DNA from: Hypanus sabinus
Taxonomy: Eukaryota
Direction of reading: 5' to 3'
NCBI RefSeq assembly: GCF_030144855.1
Contig: NC_082721.1
Span: 43,958,001-44,022,000 of the forward strand
DNA: 64,000 nucleotides
Of this stretch, positions 10,495-24,369 are shown in pieces. The first letter of the stretch is position 1. Every line of letters starts with the position of its first letter. Below the pieces are notes generated by a model. The model had not been told where the DNA came from. It made no database searches and saw only the letters and a program-made list of their open reading frames with translations. The position numbers and the translations under genes were made by a program.

Positions 10495-13115
10495 ATGAAA
10501 CAAAACAATGAAAACTGGGGAGAAACCCACTGGCATGATGAAGGAAACACTGAACACTACGAAGACCAACATTGCTTTTTGGGATGTACAAATCCTGTAC
10601 AATACTGGCAAGCTAGAACAAATATCTGTCAAAATGCGTCAGTACAATCTACATATACTGGGTGTCAGATGGAGAGGGTCTGGCAAACTCATGGCAGCAA
10701 CTGGTGAAACAGTTTTATGCTCAGGAAGGGAAGACATTCAGCATCATGTTGGTGTAGCTATGATTTTGAATGAAGGCATTGAGAAGTGCTTGCAGGAGTG
10801 AAAACCAATCAACAGTAGGCTGATTAGAGTCAGGCTGAAAGGGAAGCATGTGAATGTAACTGTGATCCAATGTTATGCTCCGAATAATGATAGTGACATT
10901 GAAGAAAAGGATGTTTTCGACAAACAGCTGCAATTAGAGGTAGAGTCATCATCACGGGGGATTTCAAAGCCAAAGTAAGAAATACACCTCACACTTCAAT
11001 TGGGCCATAGGTGTATGGATATGGAACAATGAATAACAATGGTGAACGACTGGTGGAATGCTGTACCATAAACAATCTGGTTATAGGAAGGACCTTCTTT
11101 CCACACCATGAAATCCACAAACTGACATGGTTCTCATCTAGTAGATGTGACAGGAACCAGACTCACCATTTGATAATCAATGGTATGTGGAGACGATCCT
11201 GGCAGGATCTAAAGGGGAAGAGAGGAGTAAATACGGGAAGTGATTGCCACTTTGTTGTAGCAGTGATGAAAGTCAAACTGAGATGCAATGGGACAAGAAC
11301 TCATATACAAAGAGGTTCTGGTGATCAATGCGAGGTCTGCCTTCACTATTCAGTTTATGAACAAATTCCAGGCCGTGCAAGACCTTAACGAGGATGTGTC
11401 AATAGATAACATTGAAACAATATGGAACTGGTTGCCCCAGTCTTCAAGGAGTGCAGTGAGTCTTTCCTAGGATACAGAGCTGGAAAGAAGACGAAATAAT
11501 TGATACGGCTGTAAACATGGACAGCTGGAGAAGATAAATGGAAAATAAAGAAGAAAATGTCAGATTTAAAGAAATTCTGATTTAGCTGAAACTTCAACTA
11601 GCACACATGGAATCTAATAAGAAAGTTAAGAGTCTTGTAAGAATGAATAAGAGATTCCATGTGGAAGGCCCTGAAGAGGAAGCTAAAGCAGCAGCGAATT
11701 GATTTAAAAACTGGTAGGTTCCAGGTGAGATCCAGTAGTCGCAGGAGAGATAAGAACAGTCTACTTTTCACAACTGGGAAAGAAGAAGAAGCATGATGGG
11801 CAGAGAATTTCAGAGAATTACTGCATAGATCACCTCTGAATGAGGAACCTGATATAAAAGAGGCAGCAGTGGACCTTGACATAAACACAGATCCACACAA
11901 GAAAGAAGAGATTGTTACTGCAATTAAATCAATAAAGAAGAGCAAAACTCCAGGATATCACAATTTGAAATCCAAACTGTTCAAACAGAATCAAAAGTTG
12001 CAGTGGTCATACTACAACCACTGTTTGCTATAATCTCGACTTGGGGACATGTACCCAAGAAATGGATGAAAGGAGTATTGTTACGATCCCCGAGAAAGAA
12101 GTGCTAAATAATTGCAACAACTGGCATGGCACCACACGTTTGTTGTTACCCAGCAAGTTGCTCTCCAAAATCATTGCCAATGGATTACACATGCTGTCGA
12201 CATCTGTCTGAGGAAGAAGCAAGCTGGCTTCAGGAAAAAACAGAGATTGTGTCGACCAGATCTTCATGCTATGTATCATCATAGAAGAGTGTTAGAAACA
12301 AATGTATGTGGATTTTGTGATTTTAAAAAGACTTTTGATAGCATCTGCAGGTAGAGATTTTGGCTAACTTTCAGATCATACAGGGTCCCTTCCAAAGTTA
12401 TCCAGTTTTCCCAGAATTTTTATCCTAATTTAACCAACATATTTTGGGTGTGCAAGTGAGCTTTTAAGGCAATACAGGCAAGGCTGTGTGATGTTTGAGA
12501 TATTGTTTAATCTGTTTATGAGGCAAACAATTAAAAACAAAGCAGAGAGACATCAGGTGGACCCTATTCTCTACTTGAGAAGACCTTGGTTTTGTGGATA
12601 GCCTCACAATACTATCACATACACACCAGAAATTGCAAGAGAAAATTTAGAACCCTGTGTACTTTTGATGGACAGTGTAGACTTACAGTCAGCCAGAGAA
12701 AGAATGAGACCATGTCCCTTAATGTAGAGTCTCTTCCTCGTATCAAGGTATCTGGTCTCTGCATGATCTTCCATATTTTCTGGCCAAGATCCATCTCCAA
12801 CCACACCCTATTCCTTCAGTGTCATCAGGACAGCATGGACACCATCTTCATGAAGAAACAGGAGATGAATTGGACATCTGATGAGATGAGAGGCCAACTC
12901 TATTATCAGGACAGAACTTCATTGTGGAGGAAGGAGAAGGGTCGAGGAATCCAAGAGACTATAGACAAGATTATGCTGTACCATAGAGGAAGAAATGAGG
13001 ACACTGACCCACAGCTGGGACACAATAGGATCAGGGATACAGAGGATAAACAGAGACTGAAGACCTTCATTGCTGCCCTGAAAACCAGCAATATAACAGG
13101 CAGTATGTAAGGAAG
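10495..13115 (+). mobile_element. RTE-clade LINE (EN + RT), decayed with internal deletion
   Basis: EN N-terminus KTNIAFWDVQILYNTGKL...RWRGSG and IQCYAPN. RT region CNNWHG...KQAGFR...FCDFKKTFDSI. RTE-type 3' end. Confidence 0.85.
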
Positions 13116-13119
13116 TTAA

Positions 13120-13634
13120 TGAAATCAATCTTCATTTGCAAGGAAATGATGTGAATCTTATCAAAGTGAAATCAATCATCTTCACACTTTTCTCCATTAA
13201 TCTTAGTTAAGTGTAACATTGGCCATCATGATCTTTTCCATTTTCCAGGGCTCCCTGTGTGGAAGAGAAAGAAAGAATGGCAGATGATGAACTTCAAGTA
13301 TACTGTGCCCTCCTGTGTGAGCTACATCAAGGCATATCACAGAGATTTCAGTATATTCTCCCTATGCCAATTCCCAATTGGATTTATTACCCAGTCCTGA
13401 ACAATAGCAATAACAGGAAGGATGAAGGAAGAACTGATCTCGCTATAAAATTTTGATCTGAAGCCGAGATGTATAGCAAGACTTTGGGCTGCAGAAAAAA
13501 TCATGGAATGTGATCATGCACGGTTGAAAAAGGTCAAGATGTTCTCCATTACGTTTACAGCATCATATTAAGTGACATGGACTTTCAATGTGGTTGCCCA
13601 ATGTCTTTCAAAGCAATGAAATAGACCGCAAATT
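13120..13634 (+). mobile_element. Ancient hAT (Buster/Charlie-like) transposase C-terminal fragment, left part
   Basis: Translates as LQGNDVNLIKVKS...EEKERMADDELQVYC...LPMPIPNWI...KKVKMFSITF, resembling SCAND3/ZBED5-type transposase C-termini. Resumes after the L1 at 19177. Confidence 0.65.
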
Positions 13635-16600
13635 TTCTTTTTTCCAGTGACGTCATCGTCGAGAATGGCCGCTTAAGTCACTAGCTCCTCCAGAAAAATG
13701 CATATTAAGACCCATTAACCCATCAAATATAGTATTTTTCAGAAAATATTTGATCTCAAAAGAAGGGCAAGAATGGGGAAAAAGAATGAAAATATAAACA
13801 ACGACTCTGCGGAGCCTTAGGCCAAGAGTGGTGCAGAGAGTGGCTCTCCTACCCAACCACGTGCTAGCGAGGCGGACGCTGGGCCTCATTCAGGCAAAGC
13901 GGTGAATATGATCGAAATTTTGAAAGAGATAAGGGAGTTCCAGAAAGATATAAAGCAGCATCTACATATTAATTCAGAGCTTGCCAACGTCAATCAAAAT
14001 AGCGGTGGCAAAGACTCGAATTGAGAAGGTGGAAGATTGCATTCAAAATGTGGAACAGATACTGAGTAAGTTGATAAAAATACTAAATCACCAAGTATCA
14101 CTGCTTGACCTGCTTGACCTGGAGGGAAGATCACGGCGAAAAAATATCAGAATATACAACGTTCCCGAGGAGTGGAGGGCTTGTCTATGACGGAGTTTGT
14201 CAGAAAGTTGCTGCGGGTCATGCTGGAGCTTTCCTCAACTATGGAGCTGGAAATCAAGAGAACACTTTGTGCGCTCATCCCGAAGCCTACCCGAGATAGA
14301 GCAGTTAAGACATGCTTAAAAATAATTAAATTCCTTAGGTACAGTACCAAGGCGGAGATTCTACAAAGGGCCTAGGGTAAGAAGAAGGTGTCTTTAGACG
14401 ATAAACTAATATATTTCGACCAAGATAATCCGCCCCCTCCCACCGCGGTCATGCAGAAACGTAAAGAATACTCTGAAGTAAAGCGAGTACTAAAGCAAGA
14501 AAGGATTAGATTTCAAACTCCGTACGCTGCTGAACTTCCAATGTTTTATGAAGATGGGACACGACATTAAGTCCAGTGGGTTGCCCATCAGCGCGATCAA
14601 ACCCAGGGAAAGCCTGGCAGAGGAATTATCCCACTCTGCTTGGGAAATAGTGCGAGAATCAAGAAGGCAGGAGACGGGAGGAGGCTGAGAGAAGTATATC
14701 AGGAAGAGACTGGGAGTTTTCCAAAGACATTCCTCACCCCCTCCAGAAGAACCATAAGGTTTGGCTAACTTTAAAAATGTTGAGAAGCTAAACAGAAGCA
14801 AAAGTACAAATGTTTGTAGATGGTGATATATCTATCTCTAGAAATACTTATTATAATGTGAATTTTATATTACTTAGTTGTTATTCTTTATTCGCTCACT
14901 TACTCCTTTTTCCCCCACCAAAATAAGAATATATATTGTCCACTGACTTTTATGAGTTTTGCAATGAGGGCACTCAACTCACAAGCTGGAGGGGTTATCC
15001 CCCACAGCTAGACATTTCCTCTAGCTCAATGCAGGATCATCTACTAGAGACCTCAGCCTTGGAATCACACGTTCGTTGCCATTGTTGTTATTATTTGCAT
15101 TTGTTGGTTCTTATTTGTTCAGGGAGTATATTCATTAAGTTTTATTCTGCTAATTTCTATGATACATTGACAGATAAATACAGATGGTTAAGGACAAGGT
15201 AAAATTCATTTCTTTTAATGTCAATGGGCTATTAAATCCAAGCAAATATAATAGAATTTTATCCAAAATGAAAAAAAGAACAAGCTCGTGTAGTATATTT
15301 ACAGGAAACTCATTTAAGTGATAATGAACATAGAAAATTAAAAAGAATGGACTTCACTAATTTGTTTCTCTCCTCATATAAAGCAGGATATAGGAGAGGA
15401 GTTGCTATTCTTATCTCAAGTAAGCTAAATTTTGAAAAAAATATACAAAATGGGAGGTAAAGAGGGCAGATATATTCTAGTAAGGGGGAATATAGACAGA
15501 AATTCAGTTACTCTACTGAATATATACACAGCCCCGAGAAGTGATGTTGGTTTCTTTCAGAAAATTACTGTTATTATGGTAGCAGAAACAGAAGGTTTCC
15601 TGATGTGTGGTGGGGACTTAAAGTAACAATTAAAACCAAACTTCTTCCAATTGAAACAAAATCCTTACATAAGAAAGTTAATACACTTTTTGAGGATGTT
15701 GGTTTAATTGATATATGGAGGGACCTTTTCCCCAACAGAAGGGATTACACTCATTATTCTGCTCCCCATTCTGTATATACAAGAATAGAATATTTCGTAT
15801 CATTTGAAAAAAAAACAAAGACAAAATAAACACCTGTGGAATTGGGACAATAGATGTAATTGACTATGCACTTACATATTTATCTGTTGATATTGACCTA
15901 CAACAAAAGAATACTATTTGGAATCTAAATTCAAGTCTACTCAATGCTCCGTACTTTAAGGAACAAATTAAAAAAAAAAAATGGTCTCTACTTAGAATTT
16001 AATGATAATGGAGAGGTTTCACCTCGTGTTTTATGGGATAATCTGAAACCTGTTTTAAGAGGGAAAATTATAGCGATATCATATAAGAAAAAAGATAAGG
16101 AATAAAACATTAGAGGAATTACAAAGTAGGCTGAAGCAACTAGAGAAAAACAAATTAAATCTAGCACAGGATACATTAGTGGAAATTAAAAGAATTAGGA
16201 ATGAAATTAATAGTTTGGCTGCACAAGAAATCAGGAAAAAAATAATTTTTCTGAAACAGAGACATTATGAAAATGGATCAAAATCTATGAAAATACTAGC
16301 ATGGAAACTGAAAAAATAGCAGAAAATATAATTCATAGAATTAGGAACCCAAGAACTAAAATGATAAAAAAAGATAAGCTAAGTGCAATTCAAGAAGCTT
16401 TTGAAGTGTTTTACAAAACTCTATATTCCAAAGTTCAAGGGGGAAGTATAACCCAAATTGACACCTTCTTGAATTTTCTAGATTTACCCACATTAAGCGA
16501 AGAACAAAATAGAATGATGACTGCTGACAAAACTGAAGTTGAATTAAAAGCTGCAATTTCTAGGCTTAAATTAAGAAAGTCACCAGGATCAGATGGGTAT

Positions 16601-19176
16601 ACAGAGTGGTACAAGGAATTTAAAAATGAGTTAATTTCTGTTTTACTCCCCACGCTGAACTGGGCTCTAAAAAAGGCACAAATGACACCCAGTTGGAAGG
16701 AACAGATAATCTCAGCTATACCGAAAGAAGGAAAGGATAAAATAGAATGTGGTCATTTAGCCCTATATCCGTTTTTAATGTAGATGATAGATTATTTACC
16801 TCCATCATGGCCAAATGATTATAGGAGTTTCTACCCATACTGATACATAACGATCAGACAGGTATTATAGGACAACACCAAACACAAGACAATATATGAA
16901 GGACACTTCACATTATGGATCATATACAAAAAAATAAAATTGAAGCAATAGTGATAAGCATGAACAATGAAATGGCATTTGATTCATTAATTGGAATTTT
17001 CTTTACAGAGTTTTAGATAGATTTGGTTTGCAAGACACAATTATTAAAACTATACAGACGTAATATGACAACCCTACTGCTAGGATTAAAATTTATGGAT
17101 ATTTACCAAATAGTCTTACCCTAGAAAGGGGCACGAGACAGGGTGGTGCATGGTCACTGCTACTCTTCGCATTATATCTGAAACCATTAGCTCAATACAT
17201 CAGACAAAATGAAGATATCAGGAGAATTACTTTTAAAGGGACAGAGCAGAAATTGGCTTGTTATGCAGATGACATTTTGATCTATCTAGGGCAACCAACA
17301 TACTCTTTGCCTAAATTGATGCAATCCTTTGAACAATATGGTCAATTATCAGGATGCAAGATCAACATAGATAAAACCCAATTACTTTCATATTACTATA
17401 GCCCACCAAGAGAAATTGAAAGTAGATATCCCTGGGCATGGCACAAAGAGTCTTTCAAATATTTGGGCATCATTATGCCAAAAGATTTGGCAAAATTATC
17501 AGAATGTAATTATCAGCCTTTAAATAAAAAAAAATAAGGAAGATATGGCAAGATTGAACCTGATTCCTTTTTTCAGTCTCATTTCTAGGATTGAGTCTAT
17601 TAAAATGAATATACTGCCCAGACCGTTATATCTCTTTCAGACCCTACCAATAGAGATTAATCAAAGTCAATTCAATGAATGGACCAAGATGCTATCAAGG
17701 TATATTTGGCAGGGTAAAAGGCCTAGAGTTCATCTCAAAACTTTGCAATCAGCAAAGGAAAAGAGGGAATGGGACCTACCTTCTCTTAGAGATTATTATT
17801 TTGCAGCACAGTTGAGAGCTGTGATATGTTGGTGCAACCCATCATATGACGCTCAATGGAAAAACATTGAGGAGTGGGTACTTTCCATCCCCATAGAAAC
17901 AATTTTGGCTGATAACAACCTGCAAAGGTACATAAATAATATTGATAACCCATGTGTGAAACTGGCTCTTAAAATATGGAAAACTACTATAAAATAATAT
18001 AATCTGGAGAGAGATATTGCAATTTAAATGGTGTGCATATGATTCGAATTTTATACCAAATAAAATTGGATGCTAGATTTAAGGACTGGGAGGCTAAATG
18101 AATAATAGTTCTTTGCAACATACTGAAAGAAGGAACACTGTTCTGTTTTGAAATAATTAAAGAGAAACACTTCTTACAAAAACAAGATTTTTATCGATAT
18201 TTACAGATGCGACAATATGTTAATAAGATGCTTAAAAATATAACCAAGGCAAGTACATGTTTGATAGAGCTCTTCATATAAGCATATTATTCCGATAATG
18301 GTAGTAGAATCATTTCAAGCATGTATAAGGGCTTTTCAAATCTTAAAACACATTCGACTTCATAAATTAAAACAAAATGGGAGAAGGAAGGAGGGATAAT
18401 TATATCTGAGGAAAAATGGACAATAATATGGAGGTATCAATGGAAGTGTACCAGTTCACAGAGATGGAGGGAGTCTGGATGGAAAAACTTGATAAGATAT
18501 TTTATTACACGCTCTCAGAAATCCCATTATGATAGTAACCTCCCTGTTTGCTGGAGAAATTGTGGAAATCAACATGCAAATCATTATCATATTTTTTGGG
18601 ACTGCCCTGTTATCAAAAACTATTGGAGAGGGATACACAATACCCTACATGACATCTTTAAATGTGAAATACCCTTAGAGAGTAAGACCATATATTTTGG
18701 ATATATATCTCAAGAATGTTTGAAAATAGATAAATATTTAATGAATATATTCTTGGTGGCTGGTAAAAAGACTCTTACTATGAAATTGTTATCACTGCAG
18801 AGACCAACTTTAAATACATAGATGAAAATTACAGTGGACATTTGCAAAATGGAGAAGATAGCAGCATCTGTTAATCATAAGCTGGAACAATTTGATTCAT
18901 ACTGGGAAAAATATAATGCCTCATAGGCCTGATTTTGTTCTCACAAATCAATGAATATGTTGTAAAAAACGATCACCCCCTACTTGTACATAGTTTTTTT
19001 TTCCTTTTGCTTGTTTTTCCTTTCTGCTCTTCTCTATAAGTGTATACCTCAGTAAATACTTTGTGGAGATTTGTGATATATATGATTATATGATATATAT
19101 GTACAATGTCCGAAATACATCTTATGGAAATGTTTGTTTTATGATGAACTTCAATAAAAAATAAGTTACAAAAAAG
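13635..19176 (+). mobile_element. Full-length L1/Tx1-like LINE (5' UTR, ORF1, ORF2, A-tail), frameshifted
   Basis: ORF1 LEGRSRRKNIRIYNVPE and RFQTPY. ORF2 EN ISFNVNGL, YLQETH, CGGD. RT CYADDILIYL (~17260). AATAAA at 19153-19158. TSD tagaccgcaaatt (13622-13634) / tagaccacagatt (19177-19189). Confidence 0.9.
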
Positions 19177-19380
19177 TAGACCACAGATTGCTGAACATGG
19201 GGTTCTGAGTCCGCTTCTGAGTGACGTTGAGCCTGATGTTCAGAAACTGATAATCATTTCTCTGTCCATCCATCAGAGTGAAAGGTGAAAAAGCTCTGAA
19301 GTACTGAATAGTTGCACTGTTAATGTCTCTCTAAACTTATTGATGAAAATTGTTTTTACTCTAATTACCGAAAATAAAGA
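19177..19380 (+). mobile_element. Ancient hAT fragment, right part
   Basis: RPQIAEHGVLSPLLSDVEPDVQKLI continues the transposase C-terminus broken off at 13634. Confidence 0.6.
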
Positions 19381-19384
19381 AATA

Positions 19385-20208
19385 CAGTGGGTCCCAGTTA
19401 ATTGGGATGAATCAGGAACAATGCACAGTGGCCCAATTAAATGGCTGCCCCAATTTGCAGATGTTTCATGGAAATCATTAAAAAGGTTTAAAAATTTGAA
19501 TATATTTTATCTGTATAACAGGTAATGTTTTTAAATGAAATGAAAAACAATTTTGAAGACAACCAAAACTATTCACTTGTATTAAACTGTGTATTACTTT
19601 TTAACAGTTATTGATGGAGGAAGTAATCTAGTGTATGCTGCCATGTTCTTTTGATTGACTATAAATGAGCAAAATCAGCACAGACATCTAATACAGGTAA
19701 TGGACTGCCTTCATACAATGCCTTAATAATTGCATCCTCCAAATTTTCATTTCCATTGTACCATACAAGATATCTTTTTATACCTTCACATTCTTTGTAT
19801 GTCCTAACTTGCTGAAGTAGTGACATTGTTTCTTTGTCAGTACATGATGTATTTGGCACCTCCAAGCCAAGTAAGCAAAACAGTAATGGATTGCTTTACT
19901 GCTTACTGCTCACCAGTATCAGTGACAAAAATCACTATATATTGAATGCAAACACAGGCAAGTGATGCTATTTAAAAACTGTTCACTCTCAGCACAATTT
20001 AGTGCTTAATGGCCACAATACATGCAGGTGACTGATGCTAGTTAAAAATGGTTCAACACAGTGTCCTGTCCCAATTCAGTCGAAAAGTGTCGCAACTAAA
20101 CAACAGGAATCTAGGCTATTTTTTTTATTTGGTTTATGTTCTTTGAATGTTGTCCCAAATAAGCAGCTGTCCTAATTAACTGATGGCCTAATTAACTGGA
20201 ATCCACTT
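19385..20208 (-). mobile_element. Tigger/pogo-like (Tc1/mariner superfamily) non-autonomous element
   Basis: TIRs cagtgggtcccagttaattgg / ctaattaactggaatccact, flanked by TA. Minus ORF 19659-19865 resembles a Tigger transposase C-terminus. Confidence 0.7.
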
Positions 20209-20923
20209 AATTTTATTTGTAGCTTTAAATAGTTTTTTGTATATGTGGATAAGGGGTACTGAAGTCTTAACCAACAGAGGTGTACATAATTATTAGTGTG
20301 ATAGTTGGATGGATACTAAGAATATTTTTACAACTGAATGAGTGCCTACAATGAGAGGACATTAGAATAAGGTAAGAGGTAAGATACTGAGAGGGAATCT
20401 GAGTAAGGATTAGATTCACTCAGAGAGTGAAAGTTCTCACAGCAATCTTGCATGGTCTGATAAATGGCAAGTAACATTCACATCACCGAAGTGCTGGACT
20501 GGGATCATGTCCAACAAATGTGTGTACGAAATCCTAGGCATTTATTACCATCAACATCTCTGAGCCAACTACCCCCAATGTCTTGGGGATCACCATTGAT
20601 TATCAATACAAAAGGATCAGCTACATGAATATTGCTGGTACAAGAGCAAATCAAAGACTGATTCAACTGCTTTAACAAAGCCTTTTCACCATTTCTGATG
20701 TCTAAGAGAAGAGGAGGATGCAATATTTTCCTCTTGTGGAGATGTGTATATCTCCAACTACATTCCAAAATGTCAGCACTGTACAAGATAAGGGAAAACA
20801 ATTGACTGGCACTCTACCTGTCAACAGAAACTGTTATTCCCTCCTCCACTTGCATACCATGGATACAGTGTGATTCATTTACAAAATGTCCTGTTGTTAT
20901 TTATCCAGATTACTCCATCATCA

Positions 20924-21830
20924 TGTTATGTGTGCTGAACAAACCAGATGGAAATGGGATCCAGAGCTGAACTCCACCCCCCCCCCCACCCCCGGAAACT
21001 ATGCTGCTAATGAGAGAGAGAGAGAGAGAGAGAGATGAAGAACAGAGGTAGAGGCATCTGCTACAGATAAGAGAGAGAGAGAAAGACGGATGATTCATGT
21101 ATTATGGCTTCTTCACTGATTATTTACCTTTTGCTACAAGGACACTTCTTTGCTCATTAACATTCCTGAGGAGACAGCAGGGAGTGGCCAGTTTGTTGGA
21201 CATAGAATTGATGGATGGCTGATACCCCATCAGTGGGGATAAAAGATGGGACTGTGGAGACACCCACAGATACACCAGTGGACACTGAAAGAGTGTGGTG
21301 CACCCACAGGAAGGTGGGGGCCTGGGGGATCGGTTCAGGAGAATCTGTCCAGAGCACAGAGGATGAAGGCAGACTGATGGGGACTTGTATTTGTGTCTGT
21401 CCTTGCCTGGGTACGAGTCCATCACTAAAGAATGGTCTAGCCTCATATGGAAGGGTCATAATCAGTGACCTCAATGGTACAACAGAACAAGAAGACAATG
21501 GAATGTTTGCCTGCTGCAGCTGCTCATCTCTTGATCGTTCTCTCTCTCTCTCCAACATTGAAACACAACAACAACTACCTCAACACGAACTGAGTTGATC
21601 ATTATATTCTCTGATGACAATTCATTTTCCCCTAGACTTTGATAGCTTGGTTTTGATTCTTATTGCTACACCTCTGTATTTATCATTGCTAACCTGTTTT
21701 ATATGTATATTGGCATTTTTGTACTGTACTGCTTAGTTTACTAATAAACACCTTTAGTTACAGTACACCAGACTCCAATGTATCATTCCATTTCTGCTGG
21801 TCTGTTCACCCAGTTACGGGGTATGTAAAA
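20924..21830 (+). mobile_element. Solo LTR (~907 bp)
   Basis: tgttatg...ggggtatgtaaaa (expected ...gtaaca) with 4-bp TSD ATCA on both sides. TATA-like gataaaag and aataaa. 3' end resembles the LTR at 49137-49955. Confidence 0.75.
21011..21034. repeat. (GA)n microsatellite inside the LTR
   Basis: About 11 uninterrupted GA units. Confidence 0.9.
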
Positions 21831-22079
21831 ATCATTTGATAAATTTGTGAGCTCTACTACCAAGAAAACAAGGGCAGAATATGCCCGGGAGCACCAGCAC
21901 ATGCAGGTTCACTTCCAAGTCACCCACCATCCTGACATGAAAATATACTGATGGACCTTCATTGTCACTGGTCTCCCCATCCAACACCACCATGGGAGTA
22001 CTTTCAGTAGAGGCACAATGGAAGTCCAAGAAGGCAACTTATCACCACTTTCTCAAGGACAGTTCAGACAATGAAGGGC

Positions 22080-22480
22080 TGATGGAGAAATGAATGAATA
22101 ACTGAACTGTGAGGAACTCGAGATGCATGGATGTATAGGCAAAACTGCTAATATTTAATAGTAGAAACTAAAATAACAATGAAAAATAGATTAGAAAGGG
22201 AGAGGATGTTTGCATCAGAAGAGATTCAAGAACTAGGTGATATGAAATTACAGGGAATGGCAAAAGTGACATGAAGATAATATTCCTCACACAATGAGTG
22301 ACAAGAGAATGCATTGGCAGGGGTAGCAGACAGATTCACTTGGAATGCTTAGAGGGGAACAAGATAAATGTCTATATTTGTAGAGTTATGGAAAGAGGGT
22401 AGAGGGATTGGATTTGCTGGAGTATTCTAACATCAAGCTGGTCTGAGCTCAATAGGCCAAATGGCTTCACTTCCTCAGGT
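22080..22480 (+). mobile_element. Decayed CR1 3' fragment
   Basis: Ends aataggccaaatggcttcacttcct, a CR1-type 3' UTR. Confidence 0.5.
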
Positions 22481-23954
22481 ACTCATTCTGTGACACTGAA
22501 TTGTTTAGGTACCTCTAATGTCAACGTCGGATTCTGAGAGTGAACTGAAACTTTGCAACTCCCTTCAAAGTGAAATCCTCCTTGATTTGAAGTAGTTAAC
22601 AAGGTAGATAATTATCTAATATTTCCCAGTGTATTCATTTGATTTGGTTCTGTAGAGTCACTGGGATTAAATAAAATTAAATTAAATGAGCTCACAATTT
22701 CAGTGAAAAACACCCTTTGTTACACTACAGTGGGATCCATTATGCTTACCCTGTGACTCTGTCATTGTATTGAATCCTTCCAAACCCGAGTACAATGACA
22801 CACATGAGAAGTCCCATTATTGACACATATTCACCAGCGGAACAGCCGAAAAATACCCTTCACATCAGAGTGCTATCTGCAAAATATTTAAAACAGAAAC
22901 CTGATGCAAAAATACCAGTAAACATTTCAATTATACTTTATACGAAATTACTGTGTGTTTATTTCCAGTGAATTAAGGAATTAAGCTACTCACAGTCTTG
23001 GGAATGACATTATCAATAGTACTGATATATTGATGCCATTGACTATCACATTCAAACTTGTTATCAATGAACAGTAGAATACTAATATGCTCATAGTCTA
23101 ACCATAAACAAAACATCATGAGATTATATACTACTTCAAATAAAATAAGAACTTGGTGGGGGGGGGGTCAGCTGCACTCATTATAGTACAGAAAACAATT
23201 GTTTAAAGCATGGCTCAAGAGAATTGGTCCTGCACCAATCAATTGACAGTAAAGAAAACAACTTAATCAATTTGGATTAAATTATGAATGGAGAAGAACA
23301 AGACATGAATCCAGTGAGAAAGAACTGTATGTGAAATTGGACATTATTGAGCGGTGTTAAAATGGGAGAAGCAAATTATTTAAATTTCCCAATTTTAAAA
23401 CAAAAATTGAAAAACAACCTTTTGTCTTGTTCAGGGTGTGAAATTAACAAATATCTGTGGCAACAACAGAAAATTAGATGTTATTTTAAGGAAGGTGATG
23501 GTCCAGAGGCCATTTGCACCTATCTTTCTACTCAACTATCACAGTTTCTGTTCCAGCCGATGATACTTAAAGACACTTGGCTGTTAAAAGGACAATATCT
23601 CTGATGCTTTCTTTCTGTGGCAGTAAGAAGAACAATTGCCTCACAAATTGTTCCATGTCAGTTGGCTGAATCACTCCACAGATCTATAGACTGAAATCTG
23701 GGAGAAGGAAACTTTGGTTGAGGCGGATTGTTTCAATGGGTATCAGTGAATCCATTCGAATTACATTGTCTAAGTCTGTTTTTGTTTTCCATTGACATCA
23801 AAGATGATGTGTTGCTTTAAAGTTTTGCAGATATTTGGGAAAGTTTGAGCTTAAACTGAATGAATCAAACAAATGAAAAGTGGGGGAAGGGAGGGAGAGA
23901 GAGAGAGGGAGGGAGGGAGAGAGAGATAAAGAGGGCTGTACAGAAGGAAGGAAT

Positions 23955-24050
23955 GAGAGATAGATGTTGCCTGGAATGCTGAGATCATCCAGCATTTTGT
24001 GTGTGTTGCTTTGATTTCCAGTATTTGCAGATTTTCTCTTGTTTGTGACG
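23955..24050 (+). repeat. Short Penelope-derived 3' remnant
   Basis: atagatgttgcctgg...ccagcattttgtgtgtgttgc...tgcagattttctc, same family as 44230-44310. Confidence 0.6.
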
Positions 24051-24369
24051 GGACTTCTAATGTGTTATTTGGTTTTAGAAAGTTATTTGATCACAACAAA
24101 AGGGATAAAGGATTGATAGGTTATAAGTGACTGGAATTCAATGCACTATATAATATTGACTAAAAGATGTTCTTCAATACTTGTGGAAACCTTTCAGAGT
24201 TTGCATTCCATTGGATAGTTCAAAACTGAATGAATCAAAAACTGCAATTTTCAATGAGTATTCATTAAATTAACTTATTAATATTGAAGTTATTTATTTT
24301 GACTTGGTGCCATTAAATCAGTTTTTGTGTCTGCATTTCTGCACTTTGCTCTATATTAGGGGGAACTAT

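Larger units (their letters stand above)
2106..10505 (+). mobile_element. L1/Tx1-like LINE (spacer + ORF2), disrupted by an inversion, Penelope fragments and a Gypsy insertion
   Basis: ORF2 starts at 2795 (MDANKINIISWNLNGINHPIK...NADI). EN motifs VQETH and GGDFN lie in the inverted piece. RT motifs LDAEKAYDRVEW and LYADDLLVF (~8410). A-rich tail at 10460-10505. 5' boundary uncertain. Confidence 0.85.
20480..22075 (+). mobile_element. Old CR1/L2-like LINE 3' portion, split by a solo LTR
   Basis: RT C-terminal remnant (cttggggatcaccattga...tacaagagc) at 20560-20919 and its 3' UTR (gcaggttcacttccaagtcacccaccatcctgac) at 21835-22075. Confidence 0.6.

Noticed and set aside
13248-13456. Apparent host-gene exon after a strong acceptor (ORF 13259-13456)
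   Set aside because: The translation matches a hAT transposase C-terminus that continues after the L1.
20505-20801. 98-aa minus-strand ORF as a novel protein
   Set aside because: It is antisense to a decayed LINE RT fragment.
21120-21598. Three overlapping 108-133 aa ORFs
   Set aside because: They lie inside the solo LTR 20924-21830 (ATCA TSD), with no recognisable domain.
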